From IMG/VR virus record IMGVR_UViG_3300025646_000006: a stretch of 38,347 nucleotides of DNA, one strand, 5' to 3'. The stretch is from a virus. Below, one piece after another: positions 8,973-14,974 of the stretch. The notes below the pieces were generated by a model. That model worked only from the letters and a program-made list of their open reading frames with translations, was not told the origin of the DNA and did no database searches. Numbering within the stretch: position 1 is the stretch's first letter; the number at the start of each line of letters is the position of its first letter. The translations under genes and the position numbers were made by a program.

Positions 8973-9828
8973 TTTGATAGAAGTTCCCATGCGAGTGCAG
9001 CCACCGCCGGGACTTGTCCGTTTCCAATGGCTTTAAGTCTGTCCACCCTAGCGGCCACCCCATTAGCCACTCGACCCACACCGGATTTAGGGGCATCGGC
9101 CGGGTCGGTTGTCCACCATGCGCCTGACTGGTTAGAGTTGGGGTTTTCCGAGTAAATTCTGCTGGATATGCTGCCTCCTTTGCATTGTGACACGTTGGCG
9201 TCGCCCACTCTTTTTTGCGTGATTTCTTTAATTTCGGTCGGGTCGGATACCCGCGAATCCTTGGGTGATTGTTGAGTCCCACTTGTCCATAGTTGGCGCA
9301 AGCTGGAATCTTTGTTGCCTCGGCTACTGTTGGCGTCGGCCATGGTTCCGACAATCCACATCCTGTCCCGCTTATGAGGTGCTCCGGCATGGTGCGCTCC
9401 GAGCACTCCCCATCGCGCATCATACCCCATTTCGGCAAGGTCTTTGAGAACCGTTGCGAGTCCTCTTGTTCTGAGCAAAGGACTGTTTTCGATGAAAGCA
9501 AATCTTGGTCGAACCTCACCAATAATCCGCGCCATGTGCCGCCACATTCCGCTGCGACTTCCTTCGATTCCTGCGCCTTTTCCTGCGGAGCTGATGTCTT
9601 GGCAGGGAAATCCTCCAGAAACGACATCAACACGGCCTCGCCATGGTCGTCCATCAAAGGTTTGAACGTCATCCCAAATTGGGAAAGGCGGGAGAACGCC
9701 TTCATTTTGTCGGGCGCACAATACGCTTGCGGGATAAGGTTCCCACTCGACGGCGCAGACTGTTCTCCATCCAAGGAGTTTGCCTCCAAGTATTCCTCCA
9801 CCAGCACCTGCGAATAAAGCCAGCTCAT
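8947..9828 (-). CDS. Alternative-frame ORF (293 codons) covering the whole methyltransferase gene; possible overprinted gene
   Basis: Stop-free on the same strand, in the +1 frame relative to the MTase. Its ATG is 4 nt downstream of the MTase ATG (ATGAATG). The translation contains WPTPTVAEATK, WATPTCHNAKE and LNPVWVEWLMGWPLGWTDL. See findings. Confidence 0.3.
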   Translation of the reverse strand: MSWLYSQVLVEEYLEANSLDGEQSAPSSGNLIPQAYCAPDKMKAFSRLSQFGMTFKPLMDDHGEAVLMSFLEDFPAKTSAPQEKAQESKEVAAECGGTWRGLLVRFDQDLLSSKTVLCSEQEDSQRFSKTLPKWGMMRDGECSERTMPEHLISGTGCGLSEPWPTPTVAEATKIPACANYGQVGLNNHPRIRGYPTRPKLKKSRKKEWATPTCHNAKEAAYPAEFTRKTPTLTSQAHGGQPTRPMPLNPVWVEWLMGWPLGWTDLKPLETDKSRRWLHSHGNFYQNETLTAET

Positions 9829-9832
9829 TCAT
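8969..9832 (-). CDS. DNA (cytosine-5)-methyltransferase
   Basis: Motif I FAGAGGG, motif IV GGFPCQDIS, motif VI ENS, motif VIII HKRDRMWIVG, motif X LKAIGNGQVPAVA. An AAGGA-type SD lies upstream of the ATG. Confidence 0.9.
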   Translation of the reverse strand: MNELALFAGAGGGILGGKLLGWRTVCAVEWEPYPASVLCARQNEGVLPPFPIWDDVQTFDGRPWRGRVDVVSGGFPCQDISSAGKGAGIEGSRSGMWRHMARIIGEVRPRFAFIENSPLLRTRGLATVLKDLAEMGYDARWGVLGAHHAGAPHKRDRMWIVGTMADANSSRGNKDSSLRQLWTSGTQQSPKDSRVSDPTEIKEITQKRVGDANVSQCKGGSISSRIYSENPNSNQSGAWWTTDPADAPKSGVGRVANGVAARVDRLKAIGNGQVPAVAALAWELLSK

Positions 9833-9845
9833 TTTTCCTTTCTTA

Positions 9846-11111
9846 TTATGTTAGTTCCTCGAAGCAAGTATGCCTCGCGTTAAAGTTCACCGGGGCGTGG
9901 GCCAGGTTACCATCACGCAACTTCAGTTGGTAAAGTTCCGAGTAAAAGTTTGAGCCGTTAATGTCCTGCTCAATGTTTGTGATTGGGTTATCCTTGGGAC
10001 GATGGATGGCAATGATGCGATGAGCATCTTCCTCAATCGAACCTGTATCACGGAAGTCCGTTCTGCTAGGTGGGCGGTTCTCCTTTTCATTACCACGGTT
10101 AAGCTGCGCGGCTACTACCATAGCGCAGCCGAGAGTCTTACGCAGCGGAATCATGGCCTTCGAGAGCGTAGTCATGCGCTCGTAAGCACCATCGCCCTTG
10201 GCCTTAATCAAGCCGAGGTAGTCAATGAACACTACGTCAGGCTTGAAGTTAGCCGCGAGCAAGCGGCACCGCGCCTCAATGCGGTCAAGCGTGAGGTCGT
10301 GGTCGAATACGAGCAAGGGTTTCTCACGCAGCAAGCGCAACCCCTCTTGGAGTTTCTTTACTCGCTCAGGCATCTCCTCGTTAAGAGCGCGCAGATTAAC
10401 ACCGGCTCGCTGGCCTGCCATTTGCAGCACTACTGACTTAGATGAAGTCTCCAAGGTAAAGATAGCGACACGCTTTCCGTTACGCAAGTTATGCCCAGCC
10501 ATCTGATTGATGAAACTGCTCTTGCCTGTTGAGGTTCGTGCGCCGACGACAACGTATTCGTGCGACTGAATGCCGCCAGCGAGTCTGTCGAACGAGTCAA
10601 TCCCAGTAGTAATCAGCCCCTTTGTGGCGTCCTCGCCTGACAGTTGCTCGTTAACGAACGCCACCGCTGAGTCCAAGATATCGTCAAGTGATTCATCCTG
10701 ACTTTCGCTAGGCTGCATGAGGAGCTGCACGTTATCTACGGATGCACGGATGTCCTCGTAAGAAGCCTCGCCATCATCTATCTTGCTAGCGATGTCGTTG
10801 ATCGCTGGCTTAACCTGGCGCAAGATTCCTGCCTCAATGACGCTCTTTAATGACGGCTTGCCGTAAGCCGAAGTCGGCGCGGCCTTTTCACACTGAGAGA
10901 TTTCTTCTAGTGGGAACGAGCTACCCATCGCCAGATACAGCGCGGATACGTCGATGTGCTTGCCCTCGGTGCGTAACTTGAGAAGCGCGAGCCAGAGTTC
11001 ACGGCGTTCAGTCGTTGTGAACATGGAGTCCGTCAGGCCGTCCTGAACCGCGAGGTCAATAAGCTGCGGGTTCAGGAGGCAAGAACCGATGAAGATTTGT
11101 TCAGGGTTCAT
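9846..11111 (-). CDS. dnaB: DnaB-family replicative DNA helicase
   Basis: Walker A GARTSTGKSS, Walker B-like VVFIDYLGLI, AAQLNRG and RDTGSIEEDA motifs, and a DnaB-like N-terminus (EQIFIGSCLLNPQLID). The ATG at 11111 overlaps the upstream stop (ATGA). The track start at 11147 is GTG. Confidence 0.85.
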   Translation of the reverse strand: MNPEQIFIGSCLLNPQLIDLAVQDGLTDSMFTTTERRELWLALLKLRTEGKHIDVSALYLAMGSSFPLEEISQCEKAAPTSAYGKPSLKSVIEAGILRQVKPAINDIASKIDDGEASYEDIRASVDNVQLLMQPSESQDESLDDILDSAVAFVNEQLSGEDATKGLITTGIDSFDRLAGGIQSHEYVVVGARTSTGKSSFINQMAGHNLRNGKRVAIFTLETSSKSVVLQMAGQRAGVNLRALNEEMPERVKKLQEGLRLLREKPLLVFDHDLTLDRIEARCRLLAANFKPDVVFIDYLGLIKAKGDGAYERMTTLSKAMIPLRKTLGCAMVVAAQLNRGNEKENRPPSRTDFRDTGSIEEDAHRIIAIHRPKDNPITNIEQDINGSNFYSELYQLKLRDGNLAHAPVNFNARHTCFEELT

Positions 11112-11929
11112 TTGCGGCGAGGGTCGTAGTTCTTCTCCATGATCCACATCTCAATATGATTCACGAACGAGAGCCACTTGCTTTGCAAGTCCTCTGCGCT
11201 CCACTCGTGAACGTCCACCCTGCCAATCTCGTTAGTCGAGATGTAAAGGTTGTAGCCCCGGCACTTCGGACCAATCGGGTAGTCGAAGTCACCGCCCCAG
11301 ACTGCGGCAACGTAGGCGGCAATCTGCATACCGTGGTCGTTGTAAGGCTTCTTGCGCTTACCTTCCTCGGTCTTGCAGGTCTTGAAGTCTAATACGCCGT
11401 AGCTATCAGGAGTCTTGAAGATGATGTCAGCGGTGCCAGCGTAACCGTGAGCGTTATTAACTACGATGCTCTCGGAGTGCATGACTTCCAGCCCAAGGCC
11501 ACTGATAACTTCGGCAACAGGCTTAACAAACTCATCACAGCTAACGGCCTTGTCGTCCACAAGGATGTCGTAAGGCATGTAAAGCAGCGGCTCTGAGTAA
11601 TACTTCTCAATGGCTCCGTGAACCGTAGTGCCGAGGTCGCGTGCTGTCTTAGCAGGCGCGTCTGCCATGTTCTTGATTGCGACTTTCCAAGCAGCGTATT
11701 CCTCGCCGCCAGATGGCGGACAATTAAACGCTGCACGAAGCATACTGTCCTCAATGTAATTCTGAAGGCCGGGGTTATTCCTGACCCGCAGAAACGCAGA
11801 GACTGACGGAAGCAGGTCGAACTTGCGTGCGTCAGCGAGCGTAGTGTCGCGCATCTCTCCGTTAGCTTTGGCGACTTGGTGCATCGCTTTACCCTCGCGG
11901 GTATACCAGTGTCCTGATTCATTACTCAT
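11108..11929 (-). CDS. PD-(D/E)xK (RecB/Cas4-like) exonuclease
   Basis: GYAGTADIIF ... VLDFKTCK ... QIAAY gives the D, D/ExK and QxxxY nuclease motifs in order. It is adjacent to the helicase. Confidence 0.6.
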   Translation of the reverse strand: MSNESGHWYTREGKAMHQVAKANGEMRDTTLADARKFDLLPSVSAFLRVRNNPGLQNYIEDSMLRAAFNCPPSGGEEYAAWKVAIKNMADAPAKTARDLGTTVHGAIEKYYSEPLLYMPYDILVDDKAVSCDEFVKPVAEVISGLGLEVMHSESIVVNNAHGYAGTADIIFKTPDSYGVLDFKTCKTEEGKRKKPYNDHGMQIAAYVAAVWGGDFDYPIGPKCRGYNLYISTNEIGRVDVHEWSAEDLQSKWLSFVNHIEMWIMEKNYDPRRK

Positions 11930-12245
11930 AATGTTCCTTATCTTCTTTCTTTGTGTATTGGTGGAAAACGTCGTCCGCTTTTCTGTTAGTAGCAGCGGCC
12001 ACTACCATACAGCCGCAATAGAATATTGCAGCGTCAACGTGCTTGCAGATTGTGCGGTCACGGTAGAAGTGTCGAACAATCTTTTGGAAAATGTTCAGCT
12101 TAGGTTGGCAGCGGCACCTGTTGTCGTTACAAGTGCAAACAGGGAGTCCTTTGTTCGCCGTGAGATCCACAAGGTAAGGCTCCCGGTCACTACTAGACTC
12201 AACCCAAAACCGATAACCGGCTTCGTTGGTCTTAGTGACTTTCAT
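11922..12245 (-). CDS. Small Cys-rich protein, possible SWIM-type zinc finger
   Basis: CTCNDNRCRC ... CKH fits the CxC...CxH pattern. 107 aa. Confidence 0.4.
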   Translation of the reverse strand: MKVTKTNEAGYRFWVESSSDREPYLVDLTANKGLPVCTCNDNRCRCQPKLNIFQKIVRHFYRDRTICKHVDAAIFYCGCMVVAAATNRKADDVFHQYTKKEDKEHYE

Positions 12246-12709
12246 TTCCAGAGATTACGGCGGCAGAGCACGCCAATGATGGCGTAATTAGCGAGGTCGA
12301 GCCACGAGTCCTCAATGGATTCGTTCTTCGGTTCGCTATTGTTCTGAAGCAGGTTCTTGAGGCGGCTCACCTTGTCCCAGGTGCGGACTAGCACGCCGTA
12401 TTCGCCAAAGGCAGCGATGTTGTTCGAGCCGTAGTCTCTTTGTTTAGAGTCCATCACTTGGATGTTATCAACGGCAATACGCAAAGCCTCGCGGCCCATC
12501 TCTGTTTCGATGCCGTAAGCATCAGCCAGAGCCTCAAGCGGGTCAATGGTCGTGATGCGAACGAAGTCGAAGTCCTCGTCGCCGTTCACAATATGCCCCG
12601 TGTGCTCCCGTCCTACCGGGATGAAGTCCTCGTCAATGAGGATGTAATCGTTAGCGCGAAGCGTTTCGCCCACGCCGAGTAACCGAGTATTTTCTAAGGT
12701 TGGATTCAT
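12242..12709 (-). CDS. All-alpha protein resembling the DUF1599 / nucleotide-modification-associated (MazG-like) domain
   Basis: KQRDYGSNNIAAFGEYGVLVRTWDKVSRLKNL ... ESIEDSWLDLANYAIIG matches the pattern I recall for this family. Recognition is from memory only. Confidence 0.4.
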   Translation of the reverse strand: MNPTLENTRLLGVGETLRANDYILIDEDFIPVGREHTGHIVNGDEDFDFVRITTIDPLEALADAYGIETEMGREALRIAVDNIQVMDSKQRDYGSNNIAAFGEYGVLVRTWDKVSRLKNLLQNNSEPKNESIEDSWLDLANYAIIGVLCRRNLWK

Positions 12710-12913
12710 TGGATTCCTTTATTTGTTGTTGTTGCTTACCGAAAATCAAATTCCAGTTCGCCTCGAATTGAGCGCGAGGGATGGAGAGTGGTCTAGATTT
12801 GTCTCCCTTACCGTTCATGTTTATCTTTAGGTTTAAATTTTACCGGGTATTTTCGCACCGCCCCGGCTGGCGTCGTTGGCCCTTCGGCAGATGGCTCTGC
12901 TTGAAAGTAATGG

Positions 12914-13084
12914 TTAATTGTAATCGGAACCTTCACCGTCACCGTTACCGAAGCCGGAACCGTGACCGCTACCGTTACCGTAACCGTCACCGCCACCGTA
13001 ACCGTAACCGTAACCGTAACCGTCACCGGAACCGGAAGCGTAACCGGAACCATAACCGTAACTGGAACCGTAATCGTAAATCAC
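12914..13084 (-). CDS. Hidden GTG-initiated Gly/Tyr/Ser-rich acidic repeat peptide (56 aa)
   Basis: My translation: (M)IYDYGSSYGYGSGYASGSGDGYGYGYGYGGGDGYGNGSGHGSGFGNGDGEGSDYN, TAA at 12914-12916. The GTG overlaps the upstream TGA (GTGA at 13081-13084), the same arrangement as at 8161-8164 and 28864-28867. It is below the 60-aa cut-off of the track. The reading frame is uncertain because the repeat leaves other frames open. Confidence 0.4.
   Translation of the reverse strand: MIYDYGSSYGYGSGYASGSGDGYGYGYGYGGGDGYGNGSGHGSGFGNGDGEGSDYN
12926..13078. repeat. Degenerate hexanucleotide repeat (ACCGTN)n, including perfect (ACCGTA)4 at 12995-13018
   Basis: Read directly. The period-6 pattern ACC-GTA/GTC/GTT/GGA runs for about 150 nt and leaves most of the six reading frames open across the repeat. 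Confidence 0.9.
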
Positions 13085-13452
13085 TCCGTCCATTCGACAA
13101 CCTCCGCAATAGACTTTTTGGCCTTTTCGGTTACGGGAATAATTTCACAGATTCCGATAACCTCAATCTCGGCAACCTCGCCGGGGAACTTGCACTCTTT
13201 AGGATTACTGGTCCCTTTTGTTGCAAGGTCGGTAAGCTCTGCGGCCCCCGCCCATCGCCAGATTCGTCGGCTATTGACCAGTGTAACGCTAGTCTCTGAA
13301 TTTCTGGTCTTCAGATAACCGGCGTGACAGCCGGAGTCTCGGCTACGCACAATGACATAAGGAAGGCCGTCGCTATCGGTCGCTTTAGAAATGGAATCCG
13401 CACGAACGTATTCCACGTCGTCAATCTTAATTGAGTTTGGTTTGGTATTCAT
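13081..13452 (-). CDS. Hypothetical protein (123 aa)
   Basis: ATG ORF overlapping the endonuclease VII 3' end by 26 nt. It contains VIVRSRDSGCHAGYL...NSRRIWRWAGAAELTDLA, which resembles a conserved phage family of unknown function (from memory). Confidence 0.5.
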   Translation of the reverse strand: MNTKPNSIKIDDVEYVRADSISKATDSDGLPYVIVRSRDSGCHAGYLKTRNSETSVTLVNSRRIWRWAGAAELTDLATKGTSNPKECKFPGEVAEIEVIGICEIIPVTEKAKKSIAEVVEWTE

Positions 13453-13864
13453 ATTTTTTTTTAACCTTCTTGGCTCGTTTCCGTTTCAATCGGGCTTTCT
13501 TGTTCCTTGCAATCTTTTTTTCTGACAAAGTTTTGTGCATCGGGTGCGTGTCTGATTGTGAGTAATCCTTGGATACATAATCAGCAAGGCGGCGAAGGCA
13601 CTCGGCGTAATCGGCTTTAGTCTTAGCCAGTCCGACGCGGACAAACGCATTGCGAACCTTCCCCTCCCATGCGTTACACTTACGGTCTAAGACTCCGCGA
13701 ACTTTCCCGGTCTTGTGGTCGTGATCTAGGCACGGAACCTCAATCGGTAATCCTGTAATCGGGTCAATCCCTTCTTGTTGTTTAAGGAGAGAAGCCCTTA
13801 CCGTAGGGATGTCTTTAGTTTTAAGTTTCAATGTTCCCACTCCGACGTAGTTTTTTAGTATCAT
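13427..13864 (-). CDS. Recombination endonuclease VII (Holliday-junction resolvase)
   Basis: CLDHDHKTGKVRGVLDRKCNAWEGKV matches the Endonuclease_7 signature DHDHxTGxxRGxLxxxCN. Basic C-terminal tail. Confidence 0.75.
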   Translation of the reverse strand: MILKNYVGVGTLKLKTKDIPTVRASLLKQQEGIDPITGLPIEVPCLDHDHKTGKVRGVLDRKCNAWEGKVRNAFVRVGLAKTKADYAECLRRLADYVSKDYSQSDTHPMHKTLSEKKIARNKKARLKRKRAKKVKKKYEYQTKLN

Positions 13865-13897
13865 AACGAGCGCGGCCCTTCAATGGGGCCGCTCGTT
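13865..13897 (-). promoter_or_regulatory. GC-rich hairpin ending at the base directly before the endonuclease VII ATG (candidate translational occlusion element)
   Basis: Minus strand reads AACGAGC-GGCCC-cauugaa-GGGCC-(gc)-GCUCGUU followed directly by AUG. That is 12 bp with a 2-nt bulge and no U tract. Confidence 0.5.
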
Positions 13898-14215
13898 GAG
13901 AGGTTTAAGGAGATTCGGTTTCCGCTCTAACGTGTTCTAGTTTCATCGACTCCAAAATGGTGGGTTAGTCAAGGCACAATTCACCCGTTGCCGGATGGAC
14001 TGTGCCTGTTTCAAAGTCTCCAAAAAGTTCGGAAGCCTAAGACACGACCGGGATACTGCACGGCATCTGACACTTTTCAGCAGGGTCATCTCTGACCATC
14101 CCCGGAATCCCCCCTTGCGGGGCAATTATTAAGCAGGCTTGTGAAACCTGCACCGTTGTCCTCGTCTACTACCGAGGCCCATCTGACCCTAACGCTGCGG
14201 GGTCTGCGGAGGGCT
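13898..14215 (-). ncRNA. Candidate structured RNA or long structured leader (class unknown)
   Basis: About 320 nt with no convincing ORF. Minus-strand hairpins are capped by GNRA loops: CCCC-GCAA-GGGG (14111-14122), GGUCA-GAGA-UGACC (14084-14097), and AGGCACA/CAUCCG-GCAA-CGGGUG/UGUGCCU (13972-14007). A three-way junction is closed by CCGGGGAU/AUCCCGG (14048-14105). Direct repeats UUUUGGAG-N4-UGAAAC flank the long hairpin. Confidence 0.35.
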
Positions 14216-14252
14216 AAATAAAAAGCCCCCAGTGGGCAAGTCACTGAGGGCT
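14216..14252 (-). terminator. Rho-independent terminator
   Basis: Minus strand reads AGCCC(U)CAGUG-acuugcc-CACUG(G)GGGCU followed by UUUUUAUUU. Confidence 0.65.
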
Positions 14253-14312
14253 TCGCCCCTTGCGGGGGCTTGGGATAAACTCCCAAAAGTCTTCAACGGC
14301 TTGCCCACCGTT
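14218..14312 (-). ncRNA. Candidate ~95-nt small RNA or attenuator bounded by its own promoter and terminator
   Basis: An extended -10 promoter lies about 7 nt upstream of 14312. Four consecutive hairpins follow: CAACGG/CCGUUG, UUGGGA/UCCCAA, CCCC-GCAA-GGGG, then the terminator. No ORF. Confidence 0.4.
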
Positions 14313-14318
14313 GCAAGC

Positions 14319-14327
14319 ATTATAGCA
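14319..14327 (-). promoter_or_regulatory. Extended -10 promoter element TGcTATAAT (minus strand)
   Basis: Plus-strand attatagca is TGCTATAAT on the minus strand, just after the stop of ORF 14334..14573. No good -35, as is usual for extended -10 promoters. Confidence 0.5.
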
Positions 14328-14333
14328 CAGGTT

Positions 14334-14573
14334 TCAGCTTGAAATAGAACTTTCTTCAGGCACCTTCCCAAGCTGGTGGCCTTCAAGAATTTCCGTAATT
14401 CTTTTTTCCAAGGTAGCCTCGTAACCTGCGTTCATCAGCTCGGCCACCCACTCGGCGGCGGACTCGCTCCAGAGGGTAGCGATCTGCCAGTTACCTTGCC
14501 AGACTGCCCATTGCGGTTCGTTCTCCTCGGCGTTCTTGGCCGGGGCGACGGTGAATTTCTGTGTGTTTTTCAT
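14334..14573 (-). CDS. Hypothetical protein (79 aa, acidic, Trp-rich)
   Basis: ATG ORF in the early arm. Confidence 0.5.
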   Translation of the reverse strand: MKNTQKFTVAPAKNAEENEPQWAVWQGNWQIATLWSESAAEWVAELMNAGYEATLEKRITEILEGHQLGKVPEESSISS

Positions 14574-14584
14574 ATGTATTCGGT

Positions 14585-14806
14585 TTAATGATACTGCTTC
14601 AGTGACGGACGGACTCCAGCCTTTGGAATCCTAAAGTCTTCCCTGTCCTTAACGTATTGAATGGCTGCGTCAATGCACCTGCCAGTAGGCAAGCCAAAGG
14701 TTCGTCGCCATGATTCGATTATCAGCGCAGTCTCGTGGCTCACCCAGGTTTTTCTGAGGCGAGCACGACCAACGCCGTTCTCTGGTGGTCTGCCTAGCTT
14801 ATTCAT
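14585..14806 (-). CDS. Hypothetical small basic protein, possibly DNA-binding
   Basis: 73 aa with a basic N-terminus (KLGRPPENGVGRARLRK). Its ATG overlaps the upstream small-ORF stop (ATGA). Confidence 0.4.
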   Translation of the reverse strand: MNKLGRPPENGVGRARLRKTWVSHETALIIESWRRTFGLPTGRCIDAAIQYVKDREDFRIPKAGVRPSLKQYH

Positions 14807-14970
14807 TTGTTGTCCTCGTTGTTAGTCTTGTCTGATTCTGCAAGCGGTGTTTTGATTAGTATCTGGCTAAGGTCCGCGAACCGCTCAAATTCTTCGGCGC
14901 GGCGGTCATATTCTGCAAGCCGCCTCTCCGACTCCCAGTGTTCTGCATCTCTGTTTTGTGGGTAATACAT
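14803..14970 (-). CDS. Unlisted small ORF (55 aa, acidic)
   Basis: My translation: MYYPQNRDAEHWESERRLAEYDRRAEEFERFADLSQILIKTPLAESDKTNNEDNK. It fills the gap between flanking genes, and its stop overlaps the next ATG (ATGA). Confidence 0.4.
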   Translation of the reverse strand: MYYPQNRDAEHWESERRLAEYDRRAEEFERFADLSQILIKTPLAESDKTNNEDNK

Positions 14971-14974
14971 GGGT

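Noticed and set aside
8973-8990. Longer HNH endonuclease start at 8990 (MGTSIKM...)
   Set aside because: The ATG at 8972 forms an ATGA overlap with the methyltransferase stop and gives the typical MKRSPLKRKTPL N-terminus. The extension would overlap both MTase-locus frames.
12926-13078. Possible CRISPR array or other spacer-repeat structure
   Set aside because: The repeat unit is only 6 nt with no unique spacers. It is a coding-type microsatellite, not a CRISPR array.
12781-13318. Plus-strand ORFs reading RNRNRNRN/RYRYR and TVTVTV across the hexanucleotide repeat
   Set aside because: They arise because the period-6 repeat contains no stops. They run against the direction of every neighbouring gene and overlap the well-formed minus-strand gene 13081..13452.
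13865-14333. Group I intron or intron-interrupted gene
   Set aside because: The flanking ORFs (14334..14573 and endonuclease VII) each look complete. I could not identify the P3/P7 core, a guanosine-binding site context or tRNA halves. The GNRA hairpins alone do not justify the call.
13943-14386. Track ORFs 13943..14125, 14086..14286 and 14189..14386 (60-66 aa) as protein-coding genes
   Set aside because: They overlap one another and are Arg/Cys/Pro/Gly-rich. At least the one I checked (13943..14125) starts with a non-ATG codon. They are threaded through strong hairpins and across a terminator, so RNA-level function is more plausible.
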